64,000 bases of DNA from assembly GCA_021613535.1 (NCBI GenBank), contig CP075497.1:1054001-1118000 (forward strand), given 5' to 3'. Below are positions 26,484 through 39,092 of the stretch, one piece after another. The stretch is from Adineta vaga (taxonomy: Eukaryota > Animalia > Rotifera). Numbering within the stretch: position 1 is the first letter of the stretch; each line of letters begins with the position of its first letter. The notes beneath the pieces are model-generated. The model ran no database searches. It worked only from the letters and a program-made list of their open reading frames with translations, and was not told the DNA's origin. The translations under genes were made by a program, and so were the position numbers.

Positions 26484-26643
26484 ATAATGTGAATATAAAA
26501 AGAACGATTCTCATTCATATTCGGAATTTATTTTTAAGAAATAATGAAAAATAAGAACAGAATTTCTTGTCCTAAAAGTAAAAATAACAATATTTCAAAT
26601 ATGATCTATATTCATATTGTTATTTTTCTGTTGTCTATAGAAA

Positions 26644-26736
26644 AGGGTGTGGGTGTGGGTGTTAGTCTAAGTTATAGGAAGATTCTCATTCATCCACACT
26701 CACACTCACCCCACCAACATCCCCACCCTCAAGATG
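26644..26736. repeat. Telomere-like inverted-repeat element (copy J)
   Basis: AGGGTGTGGGTGTGGGTGTTAG - spacer - CCACACTCACACTCACCCCACC..CCCCACCCTCAAGATG. Confidence 0.8.
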
Positions 26737-26979
26737 GTTTAACAACCTGCGATAGGTTAAAGTATTTTATATTGAATGGTATGGAATTCATATCAACGCC
26801 ATCTTTTTCCTATGAGCGGACGTCATTATTTCTTCTCGTTCTGTTTGTCGTCGTTGTTGTTGTTGTTATTGTTGTGATGACGTGAATCTTTTAAAATAAA
26901 ACTGAGAGTACATTTTCTTTTGTCAAATTATATAAAGCAAAACATTGAAAAGTCAAAAATTATATTATTTATCGCAAAA

Positions 26980-27805
26980 ATGATTGCTAGTTCCAGAAAT
27001 TCTCGTTCAGTTTATATTTCCATGGTTTCGAGTATGAAAAACTAAATTTTACTTTGATTTCGATTTTTATTTTCGTATTATCTTAGATGGATGTTATAAT
27101 ACGGGATTTGATTCAACTTATCCAAATCAACTAAATGAAATAATCAATCCAGATGAATTTCAAGAATCACTTAATAATGTTAATAAATCAGTCATTTCAA
27201 TCCTGTTGATAATCATTTGTATTCTTTTGCCATTCTTATGTATGTTAGGTGGAGGCACGTTATTGATAGTTGGTGCTGTAACATCGGGTGCTTCCGATGC
27301 AAGTAAATCTGTATTATTCCTTGCTATTGGAGGTGGAATATTAGGTTTTGGATTGGTTTCTTTGATCGTTGGATATTGTGTTATGCAAGCAATACAAACT
27401 AGTCGAATGCGAAAAGCCGTAGCACAAGAATCAGAAAAATATTGTAATAGATCACCAGCGCCATGTGCATGGCGATTAGATACAACAACAGTGACAGTGA
27501 CAGGTTATAAAGGTAAACGATCAAGTAGACGAATTCATACAGTAAGAGTGCTGTCGTTTTTTTCATCGAATCCATTAATAAAATCTGTTTGTGTTATTGT
27601 TCAGTTAGTGATTACTATTGGAAATCCTGATCATTCAGAAAATGGACAATTTTCAAATCAAATTTCATTTCAACCATCATCAACTTTTTCACAGAGAAAT
27701 CAGGTATTTCCTTCAGCACCACAATTCTGTTCGCAATGTGGAATGGCACGACAGAATCAAACGGCAAAATTTTGTTCACGATGTGGTCAATCATTGAATA
27801 CATAA
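26980..27805 (+). CDS. Golgin A7/ERF4-like two-TM protein with a C-terminal zinc ribbon (3 exons)
   Basis: GFDSTYPNQLNEIINPDEFQESLNNVN; two TM helices; AVAQESEKY..WRL; CSQCG..FCSRCG zinc ribbon. Intron at ~27542-27604; first exon uncertain. Confidence 0.65.
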
Positions 27806-28040
27806 AAAAATTTCAATTAGAAAGAAAATATCAACAGTGATCTTCATAGATAATTACTTCCGTTATATTATGATCATTTTTCTAGGAAACGTAAGTTTTC
27901 GAGGATAGATTTTTATTTTGAATTGTATATTTATGTTCAACAATGAATAAGAAGACTTTCTTTCTTGTAATATATGTAACAGGGTGGCCAAATGAAAAAG
28001 TTGAAAATCGGAAAAGTAATTTTTTGTTAGTCCTGTTATT

Positions 28041-28097
28041 CATCTTGAGGGTGGGTGTGATTAATATATCTATTTAACACCGACATACACCCACACC
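28041..28097. repeat. Telomere-like inverted-repeat element (copy K)
   Basis: CATCTTGAGGGTGGGTGTG - spacer - ACACCCACACC. CATCTTGAGGG is the reverse complement of the CCCTCAAGATG end seen in other copies. Confidence 0.8.
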
Positions 28098-28127
28098 ATC
28101 TTTATTATATCTGATAATGAAAATAAA

Positions 28128-29531
28128 ATGAGAAGTGCTTTCAAAAATGAGTGTACACGTGTTGGTTGTAGCGCGCATTATTTGAACAAAATTCTTCAAC
28201 ATGCATTGGTTAACAATAATGCAAAATGTGATGCTGCCCAATTGTTATTTAAATTAGTTCTATAGCAATTATTAGTAATATTCGTCAATCTCATAAACAA
28301 TCTCTACTATCAATATGTCCAGTTAATTATTCAGATACACGTTTCAAGGGAACATATTTGATATTAAATTCGTTTTTAAAAGTTTATTATGAATTACCAC
28401 ATATGCTAAGTGATAAACAGAAGGAAAATTATTTGAAAGTAGATTGTGATGGTTTAGAATAATTATGTGAATATCTAAAGGAATTTTATAAAATGATTGA
28501 AAAATTGAGTTGTCAAAAAGAACCAACGATACATCTCGTTGTCCCATATAAACAATGTTTGATAAATCTTTCTGTTATTGGTGATAATGAAAATTGATTG
28601 TTAATACCTTTAAAGAAGTATAATACTAAAGAATTACCTGATTATTGGGTTGTTCAAGATGTCCATTATATTGCTACAATGTTGCATTCAAATCCGAAAA
28701 GTTTTAACCATACACCACAATAACGATATCATGCAGAAACATTATTACAATTAGAATTTGAAAAATATCAAGAGTCTCATCCTCAACCATCATCATCATC
28801 AAATGGGAAGAACAAAAGAAAACCGATACAGCATCAGAAAAATACAAAATAATTATTATTATCAGTAGATGATATTTTTGATTTACCAACATCCCCTGAC
28901 GAATTATCAGATGAAGCAGAAACAACGACAGAAATCGACAGATATCTAAAAGATAAAACGAAAATTTCTAAAAGTATGAACGTACTAATCTATTGAAATG
29001 ACAACAAAACATTATATTCAACTTTAGCTCAAATAGCAAAACGTGTTTTATCCATACCAGCAACCAACACTTCAGTTGAAAGACTTTTTTCTGACAGCGG
29101 AAACACAATTACAAATCGTCGAAATGTATCACTGTTAAGAGAATTATTTCCATCATCTATTGAAAAAGTAAAAAAGAGAAAATATTCAATAGATAATGGT
29201 GTTAATATCGATTTATTACAAGAATATGATATTAGTGATGCACCTCAAGAAGATTATATTTATGATGTATCACTGGAAGATGATATTAATCGGAAGTCAC
29301 AAGAAGATGATGCTAATGATGAATTGCAAGATAGTCTTGATACTGTCAATTTAGAAGACGATTATGAAAAAGAAAATTATATCTTCAATGATTAAATCAC
29401 AGTATCGTTAACAATAAAGCAATAGTCTAATTTTCCTTACACACATTTGTTATTTTTAGTTTCGTTCCCATTCCCTAAATGTAAATGTAAATGGGAAACT
29501 TAGGGAAAAATAACGTTCCCGCAGGACACTA
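28128..29531 (+). mobile_element. hAT-superfamily transposase remnant (5'-truncated, pseudogenised)
   Basis: GCSAHYLN (CxxH), DTRF.GTYL, LS..KEPTIHLV, ATMLH, and dimerisation motif LAQIAKRVLSIPATNTSVERLFSDSG..ITNRR, with stops and frameshifts. Candidate right end ..GCAGGACACTA at 29531. Confidence 0.85.
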
Positions 29532-29758
29532 ATTGTATCTATCTTACTGGGTTGAGGTCCATGCGGACCCTAGGTGGGTAATAAGTGGTAGTCCTACAGG
29601 CGGGCGTATGAGGGTTAAATTTGGATGAAAAACAAGAAAAAACCAAATGAGACAAAGTGAGAGAGAGAAGAGGATACAGGACTTGAGTATCCTGGAGTAC
29701 CCAGTCTGCTTTATTGGTTTGAAGAAAAATGAGAAAAGTTTTGAAATGAAAAAAACAT

Positions 29759-31083
29759 CTATAAGTTTGCTCGAATAATATAATGAACTGTTTGATAAGG
29801 AGGCATTAGGTTGAATGGTTGGCCCATTCCTGTTGAGTCTGTTGTCCCATTTATTGTGTGTGTATGACTTCCATTCTCTTGTAAGGTGATATTTGCGTAA
29901 TCGGTGCTTATTGAATGTGAATGAGTTGAAGTAGAAACATAGGAAGATCCAGGGTATAAATAGAAAGAAACAGCAGTACCAGAATAATAAAGGTAGGCTG
30001 TTGTACTGGAGCCTGTTGATCCACTGTGATCGTGTCCTGGATCATTAACAACGTGGGAATGTGCTGGAATTGTGTTTGTCATAAGTGAACCTTGGTTATG
30101 ATTATGAGTGGGCAACTCTGCTACAGTTAAAGTGTGTGATGCATTGCCACCAGAGATGAGTGAAGTATCATTGATCGTAAGACTACCTAAAGGAAGTCTA
30201 GCCCGAAAATCAGGCAAATTAAAGGTGTTTCTGCCATTGCCTATTCCGTAAGTAATGCCAATAACAAGAAATAATGCACTATACGTTGACCGAGATACTG
30301 CAGAACCATCACAAAATAGCCATTTATTATCCGCTCCGACAAGCTGTTGTGCATCACCACTATACAGAAGAATGGTACCAATCGGCATGTCTAAAGCAAA
30401 CAGTAAAAGAGTTCGAACTCATGGTTAGTTAAAGTTAACTTATGATTATTTCATCGAGTTCCTAACTTCAGATAGACACATAGAGTACATGTCTATGAAT
30501 GGACTTTCAAATCTAGATACCACATTTGGAATTCTTGACGATTACTCTCTCTAAAATCAGAAACTCAGTGGAGCAATTATGCATCTGAGTACTTTTGCGG
30601 TTTTGCTAATGGAATAGTGATCTGCTTAAAGGCAAATTATTATGAATTTAAAGTCGAGAAGACACTGGCATGAAGTCCAAACGATTTTAGACCCAGTCAT
30701 GACTGGTTTACAGTCCGACCAGAACCCAGTTAAAACTGCACTGTAAAAAAGAGGGCAGAATAATAAGGTCTTTTTAGGGGTTTATTAACTTCATAAACCC
30801 TCGAAAGCCGCTTTTCTTATTCTATGGTTCTTGTAAATGATACATTAACAAGTCTTTTAAGGATACATGAATGCTCAACTACCCTTAAGGGTTTATTAAT
30901 CTACACTGTTCTGTACAGTGATGGGACTGGTGAACCCCTACCTATAGTTGTCAGTTTCTGTACATAAATCAGCGTATAAATACTCATAGCCATAGCTGCC
31001 AAGACCATGCCCGTTAATAAAAGTCCTAGGTAAATATACCAAGTCGCGCAAAATGTTTTTTTAACATTTTTTGTATTCTTCAT
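29759..31083 (-). CDS. Membrane-anchored phage tail-collar-domain protein, 2 exons (31083-30942, 30390-29759)
   Basis: MPIGTILLYSG..WLFCDGSAVSRSTYSALF.VIG.TYG.G.G..TFNLPDFRAR.PLG..HTLTVAELP.HNH..PPYQTVHYIIRA is a tail collar (PF07484-like) domain. The upstream TM exon splices in frame (G|GTAGGG..TTTAG|AC = Asp). Confidence 0.85.
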
Positions 31084-33220
31084 CGACGGATTACTGCAAA
31101 TAATAATTATGACATGCTCATATTTGATACAGTAGTACTCACATAGAATAGTCAGTGAAGAACGAACTGCTATAAAATGGTGGAGCAGTTGTTGATTCAA
31201 CTGCATTTTTTAAATATTGTTGTTGGGCATTCAAATGTGCTATCTAAGACAAAGAATGTAAGAGATTATTTTGATTGTATTTCTTGATATATAACTACCT
31301 TGTTTGCCCATCGATCTGATGTTGGTGTTAGAGTCAAAGATCTTCTTCTAGATTGATATACATGCATTTCGACTGCTTTTTGTAAGAAATTTGAATGACT
31401 GAATATTCGAAAAATTTTCTTTTCATTTTTTAATTATCGAGCGTCTAATTTAAGAAATCTTAATTATATTAAAGCTATAGAAATTCATAATATGATCCAA
31501 ACAACGGAGGCATTGAATGTAATTGAAATTTTTCAAAAAAAAATGTAAAGGTCATAATAAACTAAGAAGAACAAAAAAAGTACAATTTGAATTATAAATC
31601 ATAATACAGGTGACTACCGTATAACTGCCAGGATAGACAAAAAAACTGTTTTAAATATAGAGGATGATTAGAAAAGCACACCGATCTCTTCGATCTGCGA
31701 CCAGTATCAAATTATCCTCAATCCTGAAAGGATAAGTGAGCGAACGACACATGCCATGCTTGTCCGCGCTTCTGATTGGTCAATTGTTTTCGACCAAAAG
31801 GATTTGAGAAAAATGTAAAATCCAAGAAATCAATCAGACACTCGTCGTATCCACCTAAAACAATGAGATAAACTCTTTGGATTTCAAATCAGGGTAGACG
31901 TGAGTGAATATCAGTGATAAGACCCAAGATGTCAGTTGAAGGTAGATAGTAATCAGAATTATTGAATGGTGGATCGAGATTTCGGTGGTTTTGGAGATAT
32001 TTTAAGCTAGCCGGGGGATGTGCACTAGTGAGTACCGATTTCTAATAGGTATATGATTGTTTCGCATCACCTCAAGCTGATGCTTCTTGAATAGTTGTTC
32101 GATTCCGCTTAGAAAGTGAATGAATTAACATGCTCAGAGGTATGAATGTAGATACTCAGAAGGCAATAGGGTTGATGGAAAGAATAGTCTAGTACTGTTG
32201 TTTTAACTTTATAAAATAAATATCAAACAGGTTAATGCACGATTACGAGGGAAATAATCTAGCTATCTTAATTGGAATCAGTAATGCTCAGTATTACGTT
32301 TATGCATTTGCGGATTCACTAAATTCTATATTTAAAATTGATTCTTTCTTCTTCGGCTCTTGTCGTTTAAGCAAAAAGGATTGTTTCAATTTTGGTTGAG
32401 GAAGGGTGAGATTTCAAAAGTTTGAGTGTAACATGTTATTATAACGGAGCACAGAAGTCTCGAATATGAAACTAAGTGTTCCTCATGCTGTAACTTGAAT
32501 AGTATTTTTGTAAGTTCCATTGCTCATTTTCATTTCGTATGTCAGAAGAGTGAAATGTCTTATCGTATAAGGATATCCATATTGGAAGTAGATGAGACGG
32601 GGTTCGAAAAGTAAGATAAAACTGATCATAATAATCATAAAGTCTTTAGGAATACTGCGAATAAGGAAGCCTTGCTTTGTGACGGTCGATGAATAGTGTT
32701 CAAGTATTCCCTAGGAAAGTTGTCAGCATTGAAAAAGATTAATACCTAGAGTACAAAGAAGATACTTATTCTCTTATATGTCCTCTGTAAAAAAAACCTT
32801 CGAATTATTTACTACAACTATGGGAACAAATACATTTTGTTTCAATAATTTTCGTAATGTCTATCGTTGGAAAAAATGAAATATCTTAATGTAAACTAGA
32901 AAATGTGGCTGACATGATGACCTTCTCCATTTCTATTCAGCTTTGCTCAATGATATGATACACTAATCGGTGTATAACTTGGTCTTCTACGATATTTTTT
33001 GTGCGTTTCCGGATTCAGTTGAGCGAGGTCCAAAGGGCCAACGCGTTATTTGTTAAAATAGGGTCTGTTTTTGAATGGATTTCTACACTTCACAACATCC
33101 ACCACATCTCGAATGGTTTCCTTAGCGCCAATGACTGCAACAGAGAGTTATAACTAACATACAGGTAAGATTGGTGAAATATACCCAAATACCCCCAACA
33201 GATCGTTATCATGTAGTTAC

Positions 33221-33281
33221 TGAGGATGAGAGTACGGCTCAATAAAAAGAAGACGTAAATCCACACCCACACCCATCCTTG
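33221..33281. repeat. Telomere-like inverted-repeat element (copy L, degenerate left arm)
   Basis: TGAGGATGAGAGT ... TCCACACCCACACCCA. Confidence 0.6.
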
Positions 33282-35448
33282 TGAATATCTTGCTCAGTAA
33301 ATGAATTTCTAGCTTTGTTAGCACCATTACCCATAGAATTATCATTCATCTATATAAGTAGAAATAATCAAATTTAACAAACGACACGTTTCAGAACACA
33401 TAGTCATTGGTCTTAGAATAATTTTTCTAAAAATTACCTTTTGTATTATTGATTATGTTCTTTCACTTTAGGAAAGCTACAAATTCTTGATAAATAAACA
33501 AATTTTTAAAAGAATAAATCAATTGATGAGATATTTTTAATCTCGAATATGAAATGTGAGAAAAACTCACCTATTTCAGAAAATATTGCAAAACCATTAT
33601 CTATAAATTCTTTTTTAATTAATAGAGAACAATTCAAATTATCTCGAATAGATGCTTTTTTACTCAGATTAACTATTCTCTAATCTTATGTTTTATTTTC
33701 CGATTAGTCAATTCTGTAACTTATTTTAACAACAGATGATTTTTATGTCAACCAAAGACTGTCATACAAATTCAACCGCCATATTATTTTGACCTTATGA
33801 GTTATAATTTGATGTTACTTATCATTCTTAATTTCAATGATTTTGTTTATGTAACCAATAAAACTAATAATCATTAGAGAAGATGATCAGCGATAGTTTC
33901 TATCCAGCAAGATAAATTATAGGACAAATAGTATATAAAACCAAAACGAAATGAAAGTATTAAAAGTGATCATATGGCAATTTGATACACATATGTAATG
34001 TATACCATTATTTTAACAATATCGACAAAGAATAAAATGGCAAAATTAATTACTTCGAAGTAAAAAGACTGATGGTACAAATTGATTTCTCTTTTCTTAT
34101 CCTAAATATAAATTTTTTCTCTATGATTCATATTTTTCATGAAATACAAATACAAAAAAGAACAATTCAATATAACAGATGATAACGATAATGATAGGTA
34201 CTTCATTGCTATCATCATCTTTCCAATGTCAATGACTATTCAATAATTGTTAAATGTTTTAATCAATGATATGTATTTCCTTTAAATTATTTCATCGTTT
34301 TCAGTAATACTATATGAAGATATAAGTATCAAATGAAAGACAGGATAAGACAAAACGATCGTTTTCAAATATAATTATTGGTACGTTCATATAGATTCTG
34401 CATTTTTTCCTCATTTTAAATGATATTTCATTGATTAACGAAGTGATGATCTATTTGGTCAGTCTTTGTTTTTTTATTTGAATATTACGCAAGTTATTTA
34501 AGTTGCATATTATTAATGAATGCGTGAAATGATGTGAAAAACAACAACATTGCTTCAATTTAGTAACTACAGGATATATGCATATGCAAACATGACTCTA
34601 TAGTTTAATGTGAAAAAGAAAAACATAAGAGAAGGAGAAACAATACCATTATACAGTAGCATCGTGACGTTACTTCTTTCTATCTTTTATTATTATGAGT
34701 TATAGCTCGAAGAAAAATGAATCTCTTTTCTATTGTATGAAATCGAACACTATATTGCTTCATTTTTTCCTTAAATTATTTCAATAGCTTTCTATCCATT
34801 TTAAGTAAAAGGACTGTTTAGTTACTGAATTCACTGAAAATTATTTGATTTTGTTTTCAAATGTATGATAACGAGAAAAAAAAGACGCTCAACACTTAAA
34901 GGAAATCTGTATAATTTAGTTGTTAGTTTTGAATCAATGGAACTGCATTTACTATATACGTACATTTGAAGAGTATGTTAAATAACATGTTTACGAGTAT
35001 TGCATTGTGCAGTACATTTTAATAGAATATCTAATGATAGGCACCATCATGTTCGGAATGATTGTTAACTGTGATTTGATATCGATGGCAACAAGTGATC
35101 GAAAGTGCTGTTTGAGAGTAATAGTACAAAGTTTGTATCTCTATAAGGAAAGTAATAAACTATTTTCTGATTGACTTGAAGATAATTCAAACAGATGACG
35201 CTGATATTTCACAATCTATAACATATAAGAACTGCGGAATACTAGCAGATAAATTCGAATTTTTTCGCAACGTCCTATTCATTACATTGTCTTCTAATAG
35301 TTTAAATCTGTTACTAATTTGATGATGTTTTTTCTGAATAGAGATTCAATTATTCTATAAGTGATCTGGAAGAAATTTTTATCGTTATATAAATTAAACA
35401 CGTTCGAATCATATTTTCACATTGAAGTATCGTGTGAGAAAACTGATC

Positions 35449-36023
35449 ATGCAATCAAATCGCTTTCCATCGCTCACTTATCTCTGGTGCATCGCATCGA
35501 TTCTACTTATCATTGGAGGCAATGTTAATGCAGATAGCAAAAATGACATTGAGAAGCGTTTACAAACTGAACTTCTCGCATTGGGATTTCCAAATGGACA
35601 ATTACCTACGCTTACACCTGCTCTGGGAAATTATGTCGATGTCGTTGAAGTCAACAAACTGTTGTTTCTCTCAAGTGCTGCGCCACAAACGCCACAAAGC
35701 ACCTTTGTCAAAGGACGAGTTCCAACGGAAGTTAGTCTGGCCGATGCAATAATTGCTTCCAAATTAGCATGTGTACGTCAAGTGAATAGAATGAAAAACC
35801 ATTTAGGCGACCTAAATAAGGTGAAAAAAATTGTTTTCATCAATGGTAAAATACAGTCGCAGCCTGATTTTACTAATCACACTCTTGTTGTCGTGGATGT
35901 TCAAGCTTTCTAGTCAATGTATTCGGTGAGAAAGTAGGTAAACATGCGCGCACAACTGGTGGATTAACATCTTTACCATTCAATGTTACTCTCGAAGTAG
36001 AGACCATTGTTCAAGTGAAATAA
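35449..36023 (+). pseudogene. Bacterial-type Rid (YjgF/YER057c/UK114) family gene with signal peptide; 1-nt frameshift at ~35892
   Basis: GNYV..V..LLFLS..P..KGRV..LGDLNKVKKIV.ING..PDFTNH, continuing in another frame as GCSSFLVNVFGEKVGKHARTTGGLTSLPFNVTLEVE. Confidence 0.8.
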
Positions 36024-36456
36024 AGTAGAAGATGTATACTTCCATGGTGAATGGTTTCTTTTTTTTCTCATTCATTAAATCTATAGTTTTTTGTCAATCC
36101 ATTTCTCAATAAATTCTATACGGTTTCATCGATGAAATATTTAAGTATTACTTCTATGTGAAATGAAGACACACACGTATCCTCACGTTCATCATCGTCG
36201 TACCACTTGAAGGAAGACGTTCGAAAATTCAACTGTTTTCAAAAACTATGATCTATCGAGATTATATGCAGAAAATTTTCAGTTTCGAATGCATTTTTCA
36301 CCATTAGCTTTGAGGGAGGGGGGGGATAACGGGTTAAATATCAGCTACCATAATCTAAATTTCATTCCATCTAAAGGATTCATCAGACGGTAATAATTAC
36401 TTCATAATTCTAACATCACAAGTAATAAACTAAATCTATTTTAGGCCAGTCCATAT

Positions 36457-36575
36457 AGGGTGTGAGCGTATAACGAAATATTCATTTAATATCTGTTTCT
36501 AGTCGAGTATGATAGCAAGATGTTAATGAATAAAATATAAATCCTCATCCACACCACACCCTCAGTCTCAAGATG
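36457..36575. repeat. Telomere-like inverted-repeat element (copy M, long spacer)
   Basis: AGGGTGTGAGCGT ... CCACACCACACCCTCAGTCTCAAGATG. Confidence 0.65.
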
Positions 36576-39092
36576 TTTTTCAACAATATCAACAATTATC
36601 TTAAAGAGTTCATCGTGGCAATCATCATATCGCGGTTTTTACTCTAATTGGTAGGACACATTATTTTTTATTCAAGATGATTCATAGAAGTCAGTAAAAT
36701 AGAGAATACATCTATGATGACGACAGTAAGAGGTAACACGACACAAAGGATACATTTTACCAAGCAATTTTTGCAATAAAACTGTGAGGATATTTACGAA
36801 TATAAAATTTTTTGAGTTCATCAATAAATAACCAAAGTATGCCGAAAGCAATTGTTGGCATCACATATTTGATTGGTACAGGAGCTGTACTAAAAATTAA
36901 ATTCATTGAAGGAATTTGTGTAAAAATTAATTGAATATTTATTGAAAATAATATAGCTGCTATTCCATATAAATTTCTATTTTTTCCCCAAAAAGGATTA
37001 TGTTGAATAATTGACGCATATCTTGTTCGTGTTGAAAAGAAATTAAATATTTGAAATAAACATAATGAACAATAATAAATTGATTGTGAAACATTAATCA
37101 TTTGATTGATTTCATATGTATTATAAATTGTTTCGGGATTAACACCAAAATATTCAAAAGTAAACATAAATGAATAAAATGATATTCCATTATCAATCCA
37201 ATAATAACAAAAACAGAAAAATGCTGTAAAACATTCCAAATTACCAATAAATAGATAAGCATGAAGAAGTAATTTCAAACTAAGTAGATGATCATCTCTT
37301 CGATTTGATGGAGGTCGAGATAAGATTTCTGTTTCAGATTTTTCCCAAACCAAAGCCAATGAAATAGATACATCTAAATCAATATTATTAAATTTAAAAT
37401 TACAAAACTTTCATAAATTTTTACCATTTAATACACAAAGAATTGTTGCTAAAAATGCTGAAAGTGATAACGGAAATCCCAACCACATATTAAACATAAT
37501 AGGCCAAAATTCTGACCAAGAACCTAATAAAAATACAAATTCATTTCTTCTAAATTACATGTTGAAGAACATCTCTACCTGCAGGTAATAAAAACATGAC
37601 AACTTTTTTCAACTTATCAGCTAAAAGACGTCCTGTTTCAATAGCTGAAATAATTGATGAAAAATTATTATCGAGTAAAATCATATCACTGGCTTCTTTC
37701 GATACATTTGTACCCGATTCCATCGCAATACCAAGATCAGCATATTTTAATGAAGGAGCATCATTAGTTCCATCACCGATAACTGCGACTATTTCACCTC
37801 GTCTTTGAAATTCCATGACAATGTGCAATTTTTGTTCCAGTGATGTTCGAGCAAAGATTAATTCTTGATGAGATAAAACCCAATTCCACATGAAATCATC
37901 CATTAAATTGATCTGAGAACCCGTTATCTAATAGAATAATGATAATGAATATCAAAGAAAGATAAACAACTTACGACAATTCCATACGGAATCTTTTCTT
38001 TTTCTTTTTCTTTATAAAAAATCGATTTTGTTTCACTAAATTGATTTTTAAATGACAAATACCATCGTTTATACCATGCTGGTTTTTCTTCAAATTGATT
38101 TATTCCAATATGAACTTCATTCTGTTTTTCTTTTGTTTTATTTTCAAAATGAAATGGTGTTAATTTACCAAAATTATGTTCTTGTAATAATATTCCATTA
38201 CGATATAATCGAAAGATTGATGGATTATTTTCATGTTCTTCAATTTGAAATGTATCAATACCATTTGTTTTCGAAATATCTGTTGAAAAGACATTTGCTT
38301 GTTCACCAATAGCTATTGCTGTTGTTGGATAATCACCAGTTATCATTGCAACACGGATATGTGCATGATGAATTTTATGAATAGAATCTGGTACATCAAA
38401 TCGAAGTGAATCAAATAATGAGAAGAAACCCATAAAACAATAATTTTCGGATGGAAAACCATTTAAATCCTCGTTATGAATAATTCTAGAACGTTTGTTT
38501 TCTTCATATTGTTGCATTAATTGATTATAACGTATTTGTGTTAACTTTTGTTGACACATGGCTATAACACGATAACCACTTTGACCTAAAATGATTGATA
38601 TATAATATTTTCATAATTACATCAAATTCGTTTTCTTACATAAGATTTCTTGACGATTTAAAAGCTTCTCTTCGATTTCATTTGTTAATGACAAAATTTG
38701 ACCATCATTTGTTTTGTATGATGAACAACGTTGAATAATAATTTCAGGTGCACCTTTCATCGTAATCAAAACTGTGTTTTTGTATTTTAATAAAGATGAA
38801 TTGTTTGATTCCAATTGATTTGCTGTAATCATAAATTTATTTATTGAATTGAATGGTAAAGTTTTTAAACGTGCATTTAAACAACGTATTTCATCAATAT
38901 ACATAAAACATTGATAAACACACAGATTATAAAGAGCAATGTCAACAGGATCACCGACAACATGTAATTCCGAATCTCTTCTCGTTTTATTTCGATTATT
39001 TTGTACGAGTTGCATTTTGGCATTATTGCATAATGCAGCGCCAAGAAGTAATTCATCGAGTATTCCTATTTGAAGTGTACTTTCTTTATATA

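Noticed and set aside
30739-30920. Possible CACTG-ended MITE in the tail-collar intron
   Set aside because: Only a 7-bp inverted match (CACTGTA/TACAGTG) and no clean TSD.
31600-34260. Degenerate coding-like stretches (a GC-richer segment and a hydrophobic TM-like remnant)
   Set aside because: Too many stops and no recognisable motif to support a call.
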